Origin: Octopus bimaculoides
Taxonomy: Eukaryota
NCBI RefSeq assembly: GCF_001194135.2
Contig: NC_069001.1
Location: 22,399,267 to 22,436,098, forward strand
Length of the DNA: 36,832 nucleotides
Reading direction: 5' to 3'
Shown: one piece after another, positions 24,055 to 35,545 of the stretch
Position numbering within the stretch: the stretch's first letter is position 1
How the letters are laid out: every line of letters starts with the position of its first letter
Notes under the pieces: model-generated
What the model was told of the DNA's origin: nothing
The model's input: the letters and a program-made list of their open reading frames with translations, nothing else
Database searches by the model: none
Program-made: the position numbers and the translations under genes

Positions 24055-24886
24055 ATACATATGTGTAGGGGTTAGTTGTATAAGCATGGGAGTGGGTGTG
24101 CTGCTACGCATATGCATAAATACATATATACGTACATACATACATACNNNNNNNNNNNNNNNNNNNNNNNNNNNNNNNNNNNNNNNNNNNNNNNNNNNNN
24201 NNNNNNNNNNNNNNNNNNNNNNNNNNNNNNNNNNNNNNNNNNNNNNNNNNNNNNNNNNNNNNNNNNNNNNNNNNNNNNNNNNNNNNNNNNNNNNNNNNNN
24301 NNNNNNNNNNNNNNNNNNNNNNNNNNNNNNNNNNNNNNNNNNNNNNNNNNNNNNNNNNNNNNNNNNNNNNNNNNNNNNNNNNNNNNNNNNNNNNNNNNNN
24401 NNNNNNNNNNNNNNNNNNNNNNNNNNNNNNNNNNNNNNNNNNNNNNNNNNNNNNNNNNNNNNNNNNNNNNNNNNNNNNNNNNNNNNNNNNNNNNNNNNNN
24501 NNNNNNNNNNNNNNNNNNNNNNNNNNNNNNNNNNNNNNNNNNNNNNNNNNNNNCATACATACATGCATGCATACATACATGCATGCATACATACATGCAT
24601 GCATACATGCATACATACATACATATATTTAAGAAGAGAGAAGGAAAAGGAGTGAGGGAGACAGATGAATGGCAATTTTCACTTCAGTTCTTGCCTAACA
24701 GATATATGAAAGTCATTTATTGTAAGATGGATCATTGAATTTATTAGTCAGGTATTTCTGAAGATATAACTTTCGCGTATGTTGCATGACATTCATACAT
24801 ATGTGTAGGGGTTAGTTGTATAAGCATGGGAGTGGGTGTGCTGCTACGCATATGCATAAATACATATATACGTACATACATACATA
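24055..24886 (+). repeat. ~93-bp direct duplication (24055-24147 / 24795-24886)
   Basis: ATACATATGTGTAGGGGTTAGTTGTATAAGCATGGGAGTGGG.. is identical in both copies. The first copy abuts a gap. Confidence 0.85.
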
Positions 24887-25207
24887 CACACATACTCACA
24901 TACATACATACATACATACATACATACATACATACATACATACGCACGCACATGTATGTATGTATATGTGAATACTACCTTCTGTGTTTGAACGTATATC
25001 ACTAAAAATATTAACTTCTTTATGGATATTTATATTTGAAAGAATTTTAGCATAATGTATATCTATGCAGACATTATGATACATTCAGGCACACACATAA
25101 ACACACAGGCGCACACACGCACACACACACGCACGCGCGCGCAGGCACACACTCACACACACACACGCACACACATTCTCTCTTTCTGTCTTTCTCTCCG
25201 TCTCCTG

Positions 25208-25246
<39 letters not shown>

Positions 25247-25296
25247 GTCTATCATCATCTCTTTCATTCAATGAAGTTTTCTTCGTTTTTCTCTAC

Positions 25297-25346
<50 letters not shown>

Positions 25347-25499
25347 CATGTGTATATGTCTGTGTGTGTCTATGTGCCTGTGTGTGTATGTATGTATGTA
25401 TGACATTTGTAATATATATGCAAACTAGCTGCGATATTTCATAGCAGAATAATTTCCCGTTGAGACTTCTGGTCTTGTGGAGTCGTGTGTCTTAGAGGC

Positions 25500-25770
25500 A
25501 GATTTCGCTCGAGACGTCAGCAGTGAATCGGGAGAAATCATGTTTCGGTCTTTTTTGGTCCTCTCAGTAACGAGTACACCCGAACATTCTGAGACTGGGC
25601 AAAACAATTTTGCTTCATTACAGTAAACAATAAACAAATGACTCAGAACAGGCAATCTAAAATCAGTGAATTCTTGTTTAGCTCAGAATGTCCTAGTCTA
25701 TTCGTCACTGTTGAAGCTAAAAGTGGCCTAAACATTGTGTCGGACAGTCCAACGACGAGGATTCTGAGCG
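25500..25770. repeat. Old degenerate palindrome with hammerhead-like remnants in both arms
   Basis: CAGTAACGAGTA..AACATTCTGAG mirrors CTCAGAATGTC..TATTCGTCACTG. Remnants: minus CTGAGAGGACC..GACCGAAACATG (25538-25567) and plus CTGTTGAAG..GCCTAAACAT (25708-25736). Confidence 0.4.
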
Positions 25771-25850
25771 AGTGGTGTGTTTCTTTTATAAGCCCAAGTT
25801 TCTTCGAAAAGTTTCTTTCAAACAAAATATTACAGCTAGTACAGTTTTAC

Positions 25851-25911
<61 letters not shown>

Positions 25912-26479
25912 NNNNNNNNNNNNNNNNNNNNNNNNNNNNNNNNNNNNNNNNNNNNNNNNNNNNNNNNNNNNNNNNNNNNNNNNNNNNNNNNNNNNNNNNN
26001 NNNNNNNNNNNNNNNNNNNNNNNNNNNNNNNNNNNNNNNNNNNNNNNNNNNNNNNNNNNNNNNNNNNNNNNNNNNNNNNNNNNNNNNNNNNNNNNNNNNN
26101 NNNNNNNNNNNNNNNNNNNNNNNNNNNNNNNNNNNNNNNNNNNNNNNNNNNNNNNNNNNNNNNNNNNNNNNNNNNNNNNNNNNNNNNNNNNNNNNNNNNN
26201 NNNNNNNNNNNNNNNNNNNNNNNNNNNNNNNNNNNNNNNNNNNNNNNNNNNNNNNNNNNNNNNNNNNNNNNNNNNNNNNNNNNNNNNNNNNNNNNNNNNN
26301 NNNNNNNNNNNNNNNNNNNNNNNNNNNNNNNNNNNNNNNNNNNNNNNNNNNNNNNNNNNNNNNNNNNNNNNNNNNNNNNNNNNNNNNNNNNNNNNNNNNN
26401 NNNNNNNNNNNNNNNNNNNNNNNNNNNNNNNNNNNNNNNNNNNNNNNNNNNNNNNNNNNNNNNNNNNNNNNNNNNNNNN

Positions 26480-26543
<64 letters not shown>

Positions 26544-26599
26544 GTCTGTGTGTGTATAGTATAAATAAATAAATGGAGTTAAACGCAGGTGTTATTCAA

Positions 26600-26692
26600 A
26601 TTATTTTACCATATGTTTTGAAGACAACATTAGTATTATTCCAAAGGCATAAATCGTTAAAAATAATGTAATCTTCTCATCAGCGAAAGAAA
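26600..26692 (-). ncRNA. Hammerhead motif, core mutant (G12 to A), same family as 12171
   Basis: Minus strand CTTTCG-CTGATGA-GAAGATTACATTA..TAATGTTGTCTTC-AAAAC-ATATGG. Stem II pairs at 12/13 positions. Confidence 0.75.
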
Positions 26693-26959
26693 GAGAATCA
26701 AATTCAGCATAAAGACAGTTTAACAAATGTGATGATTGTGTAAATGATGAACAGAACGCTATTAAGTATTTAGAAAAAAAACGTTAGTAGATATAACGTC
26801 AAAGGTAGCGCATATGAAGAGAAGGGGTAAATAAATCAATAAGGAGAGAACAAATAAAGGAGATATATAGAGCGATATGTGAGTTAAATAAATGTTCAAA
26901 GGCTAGAAAATAGATATCTCTATTGGAAGTAGAGTGAAAGAAGAACTAAATGCTCAAAC

Positions 26960-27375
26960 TATATAGATTGGTAGAATTCACCTATATGAGCTAAAGGTGT
27001 GTTTCTGCCAATGTTTACATCGATAAGATCGCTCTATATACGTGTTTACCAGTGGATTCTTAGAAAAAAGAATGTGGAACAGCTCAGAATTACAAATGTT
27101 GCAAAATATTTTACTTTTGTCGTAAGAGAAAGAGATTGACAGAGTGATTCAATCTAAATTAAATTTCTTATTATTATCTTTAAGATGCCAAATCAATTTA
27201 CTAAGTCCTGTGCTATTGCGTTTACTACTATCCCTAAATGTAGAATAATGATTGGAAATTCTTTTAGATAACTGAGAAGAAGGAGCCCTGATATAAAAAT
27301 GGACTTCGATACCGGAAGTAATTTTACACTGATTTATAGAATTCTTAATCTTAGAATTATTAGACATAAATCTAA
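26960..27375 (-). mobile_element. Penelope-like element GIY-YIG endonuclease remnant
   Basis: CKITSGIEVHFYIRAPSSQLSKRISNHYSTFRDSSKRNSTGLSKLIWHLKDNNKKFNLD, followed by SYDKSKIFCNICNSELFHILFSKNPLVN..RCKH. This matches the PLE pattern YIG..FK.RY.NH..F..ST.LSK.IW.LK..C.LC..E..I..C.H. Confidence 0.8.
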
Positions 27376-27379
27376 TTCT

Positions 27380-28672
27380 GTTGGGGTTGACCTCAGATAT
27401 AGTTAATAAACAGTAAAATGCCTAAACAAGGGAGTTGAGTGAGCGTGATTGAGGTCAAATCGTAACTCATCATGATGATGGAATGTCTCAAAGGCAAATT
27501 GCTCAGAAGATGAAATGATCTCGATGTACAGTGCAAAAGATTCTTAAGCGCTTCAGAGAGACAAAAGATGTAAAGACAATACAAAGAACAGCTAGATAAA
27601 AGGCTACGTCACCTTGTGATGACAGATCCATCATCCATCAGTCGCTCAGAAACAGAAGGAAAACATCGTCGGAGCTCTGAGCAGACTTCAACGATGCAAG
27701 TACTTCACAAATATCAAACAGAAATGTTAGAAGAAGGCTTGTAGTGTACGGTCTGAAAGGCTGTAAAGCCAGGAAGAAGCCATGGGTTTCTGAAGCGAAT
27801 ATGGAAAAACGTCTCCAGTGGGCCAAAATCCACTCGAATTGGACCAGTGAGCAATGGTCAAAGGTCCTATAGTCTGATGAAAATAACTATGAGGTAAGAT
27901 AGTAGATGATAGTAGATGTATTCAATCAACTTATAAATTTGTTTGTTGCTCGAAATATATAAAAAACGTATCCAACAATAAAGCGAATATTATTTTTTTT
28001 GCTTTTACTTAGGTTTTCGGTATATCTGGTGCAACTTTCGAGAGTTGGGGAAGCATTTAAGGCTGAATGTCTGGTACCAACCATAAAACATGGGTGGTTC
28101 TATCATGGTGTGGGCCTGCATGTTTGTCACAGGACCCGGAGAAATGTTTTTATGTCAGAGAAGGTTGAATTCAGCTACCTATGTTCCTGTTATCGGATGT
28201 GTTAAAGCCATGAATTGCTAAATTGTATCCAAGAGTGTCGAAAAACAGTGTTATCTTTCAACAGAACAACGCTCCATGTCATACAGTAAAGAATACTCAT
28301 CAATGGTTTGAGACATAGGAAACTGTTCCCACGGACTGTCCAGCTCAAAGTCCCGATCTAAATCCGATCGAACACTTATGGGGAACACTCGGTGAAGCTA
28401 TCATGAACACACCAATGAAAAATAAAGAGCATTTGTTGCAAACGTTGAAAGAAGAATGGAGCAAAATTGCGCCTAGTACCTGCAAAAAACTAGTTGATTC
28501 AATGCCTAACCGTATAAAAGCGGTAAACGATGCTAAAGGAGGGTCAACTAGATATTAAAACTAGTGTGTATTGTGAAAGATACTATAATCTACCATGTGA
28601 ACGAGTTTCATTAGCATTGAGATAGTAGAACCCCAAAACATTGGGGTGGCCTACTACTTTTGCCCAAGGCTG
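27380..28672 (+). mobile_element. Tc1 (DD34E) transposase pseudogene with intron; right TIR present, left TIR missing
   Basis: ATG at 27418. Motifs ARKKPWVS..RLQWAK.H.NWT.EQWSKV..SDE, PTIKH.GGSIMVWACM, FQQNNAPCH (catalytic D to N) and QSPDLNPIEHLW (34 residues between sites), ending KGGSTRY* at 28558. TIR rc CAGCCTTGGGCAAAAGTAGTAGGCCACC with TA at 28673. Confidence 0.92.
27894..28012 (+). other. 119-bp phase-0 spliceosomal intron within the Tc1 transposase
   Basis: GAG|GTAAGA...TTTTGCTTTTACTTAG|GTT. Removal joins SDENNYE to VFGISG, restoring the Tc1 SDE.KFE.FG motif. Confidence 0.85.
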
Positions 28673-29094
28673 TAATTCGTCAAATGTGATTCTGACAGTA
28701 TCGGTAGAGTGAAATAGCGCCTTTCAGGAAGTAAATTAGCATGTACTGTGCAGTTACTATATTTCGTTCGTTTGAATGTACGAGCAATGTATAGAAATGT
28801 GTAAATAAATAATATATTAGTGATGGTGTATTAGAAGTAAACCAAATTAGAACAGACGATAACAAAAATAATACGTTATGCATTTGCTTCACCTGTTACT
28901 AAGCAGAGAGGTGCGGTGGCAATGTGGTTGGCCCCGAGATTCGTAGATCAAATCAATGCTCTGGAAATAGATAGATATTTGTACATTGCAACTGATTTGT
29001 TACTAATATACCAACGGTATACGTATGTGGTTATATCTATATATGTATATAAGCACACACACATATATGTATGTATGTGTATATAAATATGTAT

Positions 29095-29742
29095 ATTCTC
29101 TTTTTTTTTTACTCTTTTACTTGTTTCAGTCATTTGACTGCGGCCATGCTGGAGCACCGCCTTTTAGTCGAGCAAATCGACCCCAGGACTTATTCTTTGG
29201 AAGCCTAGTACTTATACTATCGATCTCTTTTGCNNNNNNNNNNNNNNNNNNNNNNNNNNNNNNNNNNNNNNNNNNNNNNNNNNNNNNNNNNNNNNNNNNN
29301 NNNNNNNNNNNNNNNNNNNNNNNNNNNNNNNNNNNNNNNNNNNNNNNNNNNNNNNNNNNNNNNNNNNNNNNNNNNNNNNNNNNNNNNNNNNNNNNNNNNN
29401 NNNNNNNNNNNNNNNNNNNNNNNNNNNNNNNNNNNNNNNNNNNNNNNNNNNNNNNNNNNNNNNNNNNNNNNNNNNNNNNNNNNNNNNNNNNNNNNNNNNN
29501 NNNNNNNNNNNNNNNNNNNNNNNNNNNNNNNNNNNNNNNNNNNNNNNNNNNNNNNNNNNNNNNNNNNTATATATATATACGACGGGTTTCTTTCAGTTTC
29601 CGTCTACCAAATCCACTCACAAGGCTTTGGTCGGCCCGAGGCTATAGTAGAAGACACTTGCCCAAGGTGTCACGCAGTGGGACTGATCCCAGAACCTAGT
29701 GGTTGGTAAGCAAGCTACTTACCACACAGTCACTCCTGTGCC
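29095..29742 (-). mobile_element. SINE family A (spans a gap)
   Basis: 3' part at 29095-29233 and 5' part at 29578-29742. Confidence 0.85.
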
Positions 29743-29765
29743 TATATAAATATATATATATAGAG

Positions 29766-29810
<45 letters not shown>

Positions 29811-29820
29811 TGTATATGTA

Positions 29821-30023
29821 ATATATTTGCCAACTTAATGTGGCGGTCGTATAGAGGACGAGGTTACTGTTATTTTAGCCCCAGGAAGAATCTCCTCTTC
29901 CAGCTGGCTAGCAACACAGTTTGAGTCCGATTAGTATTTGCGAGGGAGGTTATAGCTCCCATCTCTAGCCTTACATGTAACATCGTCCTCTATAGGACCG
30001 CCACATTTAGTTGGCAAATATAT
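29821..30023. mobile_element. ~200-bp MITE-like element with 47-bp inverted termini
   Basis: ATATATTTGCCAACTTAATGTGGCGGTCGTATAGAGGACGAGGTTAC matches the reverse complement of 29977-30023 at 44/47 positions. TA-rich flanks. Confidence 0.8.
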
Positions 30024-30078
30024 TTTACAATTCCGTACTGTTACTGTTTATCTCGCGCTCAGAGATTTAATACAAGTT

Positions 30079-30158
<80 letters not shown>

Positions 30159-30267
30159 NNNNNNNNNNNNNNNNNNNNNNNNNNNNNNNNNNNNNNNNNN
30201 NNNNNNNNNNNNNNNNNNNNNNNNNNNNNNNNNNNNNNNNNNNNNNNNNNNNNNNNNNNNNNNNNNN

Positions 30268-30301
<34 letters not shown>

Positions 30302-30302
30302 C

Positions 30303-30841
30303 TCCCTTATAGCGTGTGGCCCTATTGTATAGTAATGCCCTTATATAAATAAATATATATTTTGGGAATAAATGATGGATGTTTTCCCCTTATGAGGTTT
30401 TTTTCACGCTAGCTACTTGATAAATTCTTGTAAAAGAATTCATCCTATTATTGAATTTAAATGTATAACCAGAATATATTCAATGCTCAATTTATTCTGA
30501 GAAAAAAACACACATGTACCGAGATGCAATTCGAAATTCCCGCCACTTACATAGGTAAATAGCGATGAACAGTCTTCAATGTACTATATTGGATACGTGG
30601 TGTTCGCTTGGTATGTGGATTTTCTGTTTACCTATATTTATCTTGACCATATTATACTGACGAGTGGAGATTGTATAATACTACAATAACTACGAAATCA
30701 TGATCTATAATTCAGTCTGTTTTTAAGGGGCTGGCTTTGAGAGTTGCATTTCCTCGCGTTCGGTAAAAATGTGTTTTTTATGGTAGTCTGACCTTAGAGT
30801 CCCTCATAGCGTGAGGCATTATTGTATAGTAATGCCCTTAT

Positions 30842-30842
<1 letters not shown>
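30303..30842 (+). mobile_element. 497-bp ORF-less HHR-bearing unit with 43-bp terminal direct repeats (retrozyme / solo pLTR-like)
   Basis: 30303-30345 and 30800-30842 match at 39/43 positions. Intact HHR inside. Microsatellites on both flanks. Confidence 0.7.
30645..30717 (+). ncRNA. Type I hammerhead ribozyme, intact catalytic core
   Basis: CTGACGA at 30657-30663. Stem II GTGG/CTAC plus ATTGTA/TACAAT (G10.1-C11.1 pair kept). GAAA at 30694-30697. Palindromic stem III ATCATGAT with an AUC site (cut after 30705). Stem I ATTATA/TATAAT, an internal loop, then GAC/GTC. Confidence 0.9.
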
Positions 30843-30872
<30 letters not shown>

Positions 30873-30894
30873 TATATATATATATTCCTTTTTT

Positions 30895-31070
30895 TATTCT
30901 TCTACTTGTTTCAGTAGTTTCACTGCGGCCATGCTGGAGCAACACCTTTTAGTCGAGCAAATCGACCCCAAGTGCTTATTCTATCGGTCGCTTTTGCTGA
31001 ACCGCCAGGTTACGGGTGGGGACGTAAACACACTAGCATCGGTTTTCAAGCGATGGTGGGGGAGCAGACA
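30895..31070 (-). mobile_element. SINE family A, 3' half
   Basis: CTACTTGTTTCAGTAGTTTCACTGCGGCCATGCTGGAGC..GACGTAAACACACTAGCATCGG. Confidence 0.8.
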
Positions 31071-31139
31071 CAGATACACACTTACACACACACACACATA
31101 TATAAAACTTAGATAAAAACTTAGATATGTTTCGACGAA

Positions 31140-32740
31140 AGATTGGTCCCGGTCATGTCAAACTTAATAGCACCACCTGATAGGATTATCTAAATCCTTT
31201 CGAAGTCAAGTTTTGTGGTATTATGGTCCATTCAAGTAGTGAGTTCTTGTTGAGTGAGTTGCATTCAGGTATGGGTGGCTTATCTGGTATTACTTGAAGA
31301 AATTTGTCCAGACTCCGTTTAAACTTGATGGGATCCTTTTCCTCTTTGATCAGTTTTGGGACAATGTTAAACAGGGCAGGGCCTGTTGAGGAAACGAAAT
31401 TGTGTTGCAGTGTACCTATATGTTGTTATCCTGAATTGGGCAGGGGACATATGGCCCGTAGTCCCAGCCTTGGATGTAATTTGAAACTAAAGTTCAGGTC
31501 ATTTGGGCAATGCTGGCGGCATATTCTCCACATTGTGCAAATGATGTACCGCTCGCGGCGGCGCTGGAGAAAGTAGAGTTTCAAGGCTTTAAGGCAGCCC
31601 AGTAATCGAGATCAGTCATGACCTTAATTCATTTCGTAAGTGCTCTCTGGGGTGATTCAATTTTCGAGATGCTTTGTTTTGTATGTGGAGACCACAGGGG
31701 GCAGCATTATTCAAGTTGTGGCCGTACAAAGGAGGAAAAAAGTGGAATGACGACACCTTGTTCTCTGGACCAGAAGGTTCTTAAGATCCAGAAGCTCATC
31801 CTACGAGCTATATCGACCTTATTGTTGATGTGGGCACTCCAACTGAGATTGTTATCAACAATTACACCTAGGTCTGTGATATTATTAGATGCTGTGATCG
31901 GTTCCCCTGAAGGAAGAGAGTATGTCTGTTTTAATATAGCCTTTCTCCCAAAATGCATCAGCTCAAATTTTTGCTTGCATTTTGTTTTAGTCTGAGTTCG
32001 AACCTGTTCACAAGGCTTTAAGTATATCCTCAATGTGGTGTAAGAGCTGTGTTAGATAGTCCCTGCCACAGGGAAAGCCATGCTGATTTGCATTTAGGAG
32101 TTTGTGGATCTCCGGGAAGCCAACTTTCGTTGATCTTACCACTCTTTCAAACACTTTAATGATGTGAAAGGTGATTATGCGATAGTTGACTGCGAGGGAT
32201 CTGTTTCCCTATTTGAAAATCGGGATGACAGACTGGGTTAGGACCTATTTCGGTGTATAACCTGAGTCTAACGAATTTCTCCAGAGGTTGGTCAGAGGGA
32301 CTGCAAGTTGGTGTCTACATTTCTTCAGGAAACTAGCGGGTAATCTATCAGGGAAGATACAGCAGAATAATATTTGACCTCATTTATTGCTGCTATGATG
32401 TCTGAAGCAGTAAAGGTTATGTCCGAGATTATGTTGGGAATCAACTTTGTTCGTTTCTCTTACGTCGATATCAGTGGGATCACTAAAGACAGAGCAATAT
32501 TGTTTCTGCAGTATTTCTGCCATTTCCTTAGCATCGTGTTGGGGAATGCCGTTATCATCGATCAATGGCCCAATGGGTAAGACAGCGGTCCTATGCTTGT
32601 TTGCATATGAATAGAACACTTTTGGGTTCTGTTTGATGTTTTTGATTACCCACTGTTCCTCCGCAGCTCTTTGATTTTCAATGGAGATTTTCCTGTCGGT
32701 CTGCAGATGAAGTTTTTCCAACTTCAGCCTTTTCATTGTT
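31140..32740 (-). mobile_element. CR1/L2-type LINE fragment lacking the central RT domains
   Basis: IKQNPKVFYSYAN..AEILQKQYCSVFS, PDRLPASFLKKC, VIPIFK..AVNYR, QHGF..LTQLLHH, then a jump at about 32030 to KFELMHFGR..LGVIVDNNLSWSAHIN..LRTFWSREQ..VRPQLE. Same family as 19940-21148. Confidence 0.9.
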
Positions 32741-33841
32741 GTTGAATGTTGATGTTGTATGTGGGAGTATTTTAATTAGTTAAGTGGCGTTTTAGAATAT
32801 TATTGGCCATATTCAGTGGATAAGACACTATTATATAGTTATTGATGATTTGATGTATAATCGTGAATGCACCGTTGAAAAGTTTGTGTCGATATATTCG
32901 GAAATGCGTGGCTATATCTGGGTGTGTGAGAGTTCAGTGTATTTAGTGCAAATCAGAATGAGTGGTGTGTTTAATACAAATCAAGAGAAAATAATTCTAC
33001 TCACGGGACTAGTTTTAGAACTAATCTTGGATTTCGTTTTGGTTTATATTTGTTTCTCCAGGTTGTATATAAATTTGTGTAAAAAGTTACTGCTGGTGTG
33101 AGTTCAAATCTGTTTGACGGGCTACAGAAACAAGTTCACAATTACTGATGTAAGTAATTTCATAATTTACTGACAGAAGTATCTTCATAAATTTTACTTC
33201 AATCCGTACGGTCTTGTGTTTTCCTGTTGTTGACGCTTTCTTTCTGGTTCCTTTGGTTCACTGAGTGACAAATTTCCCTTCAACCCCTACAATACTTTCT
33301 TCTCCATGAAAATGTCTTATTTACTTTCTGCCCGTCGTATTAAGAAATACAGATATCTGCTTTCCAAGATAATTTCCATGGTCATAACTTTCAGAATTAT
33401 GGATATTTTTTAATAAGATTTTCTACGAATATGTGTTCTAAAATGTCAGTTCGAATATATAAAATTTGTGGGGTAACTGTTTTAGGAGGGCGTGGAAATT
33501 TTCTGAAAATGCACCCGAGTCTACTTCAATTCGTCTTAAATTTCAAGAACATGGATATTTTTTAATGAAATTCTCTACATTAGATTCACTTCTTTAAAAA
33601 AATTTCTTAACGTCAGCTTCTGGTATTGACATAAAAACGGTGAAGCGTGTCCCTGTCTAAATTTTAATGTTTTCATTTCGAGTTTTAATTCACTGTTTGT
33701 AAACAATTACGATAAATTACTGAAAGAAATATTTACTAAGTTGACAAATTTAAATATTCAGTATAAAAGACTTTTCAACATGCTTTTATTTATACGATTT
33801 CTTCATTCCATGTCCATCTCATTCATTGTTTGCAATATTCG

Positions 33842-33910
<69 letters not shown>

Positions 33911-34416
33911 CAGATTTGATTTCTTTATTACACAAGTGTCACGTTAAAATTTTGCAATTAAACATGTGGCGCCCCAAAACTGGGCATTATTTTGCTGGAA
34001 CTCGCACACTTCGTTTATTTGCGTAAACATTTTATTATTTTTTCTTTTTCACGCTGTGTTCAGCTCTATGTATTTATAAGTCGCACACGCACGCGTGTTT
34101 TTGTATGTACGTTTGTATACATTTATGTATGGTGGGTATGTGAGAGTGAGTGAGGGAGTGTGTTGACATGTATTCCCCATACATAAATACACATGCATAC
34201 ATCTTTTCTGTATGAATGAGTGTGTGTGAGGGAGGTTGATGTCTAAGTGGCACGCTCTCTCTCACTCTCACACACACACACACACACACACATACATACA
34301 AGAAAGATGTACACCTATTATTTATGTATGTACATATATATAACAACACACACCTTCACTCTCTCAAACACATCTCCATTTCTTTTGTCTGTAGTTTGAT
34401 ACTGTATGTATATGTA

Positions 34417-34452
<36 letters not shown>

Positions 34453-34454
34453 TG

Positions 34455-35172
34455 TACGGGCAGCGTTCTACAATCATCAGAAAAAAGCAGAGGAATTTTC
34501 TTCCATTATGCTCCTGGTGACACACGTAAAACATTTGTAACATTACTTCTCTCCAAAGTAAGACAAAAAAAAAAAAAAGAAAATTGCAGTTGCTGTACCA
34601 TTGTTTGGCTCATATTGCTATCATGATTTCCCCAGCTCAAATGAAGAACAGCGTGTCTCCAGATTTAAGTAATAATTCACATAAATGGTTGTGTGAAAGG
34701 GCAATTCTTACTCCAAAAAATGAGACAGTAGCAAGGATTAACTATGAATTAATGAATAAGATTCCAACAGTCATTAAAGGAGTACAAATCAGTTGATTCA
34801 GTCCTTGATGAAAATCAAGCTGTCCATTACCCAACAGAGTTCCTTAATTCTCTTGACCCACCTGGAACTCCTCCACATAAACTTTTTCTGAAGGTAGGAG
34901 TCCCAATAATGCTTCTAAGAAATTTAAATCCTCCCAAATTATGCAATGGGACAAAGTTGATTGTGAAGACATTATCACTTAATGTGACAGAGGCTACCAT
35001 TATCACTGGATTCCAATCAAACCAACAGACATGCTCTTTGAGTTCAAATGAACACAATTCCCAGTATGACTTTCCTTTGCAATGTCTATCTATACATCTC
35101 AAGGTCAGTCTTTGAAATCTAATGGCTTGATTTTCTCAAGGTCAACTTCGTTGTTTACTCCAGTGTAGGTAG
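34455..35172 (+). mobile_element. Helitron RepHel PIF1-family helicase fragment, internally deleted
   Basis: Degenerate Walker A GIFFHYAPGDTRKTFV (cf. FLDAPGGTGKTF), [59 protein letters not shown]...FAMSI..SQGQSLK and FSQGQL..V.SSVG. Confidence 0.9.
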
Positions 35173-35545
35173 TTTGCAAGTGGTTAGAGCAGCGGACTCG
35201 CGGTCATAGGATCGCGGTTTCGATTCCCAGACCGGGCGTTGTGAGTGTTTATTGAGCGAAAACACCTAAAAGCTCCACGATGCTCCAGCAGGGGATGGTG
35301 GCGAACCCTGCTGTACTCTTTCACCACAACTTCCTCTCACTCTTACTCCCTGTTTCTGTTGTGCCTGTAATTCAAAGGGTCAGCCTTGTCACACTGTGTC
35401 ACGCTGAATATCCCCGAGAACTACGTTAAGGGTACACGTGTCTGTGGAGTGCTCAGCCACTTGCACGTTAATTTCACGAGCAGGCTGTTCCGTTGACCGG
35501 ATCAACTGGAACCCTCGACATCGTAAGCGACGGAGTACCAACAAC
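35170..35545 (+). mobile_element. tRNA-derived SINE (family D) with CAA tail
   Basis: AGTGGTTAGAGCAGCGG (A box) and GGTTTCGATTCCC (B box). Ends GACGGAGTACCAACAAC at a gap. Confidence 0.8.

Noticed and set aside
32800-33330. Possible upstream LINE endonuclease/ORF1 remnant
   Set aside because: It is too decayed to assign motifs by eye.
35170-35240. tRNA-like A/B boxes (also in other SINE heads)
   Set aside because: They continue into SINE bodies and no complete cloverleaf is seen, so they are not tRNA genes.
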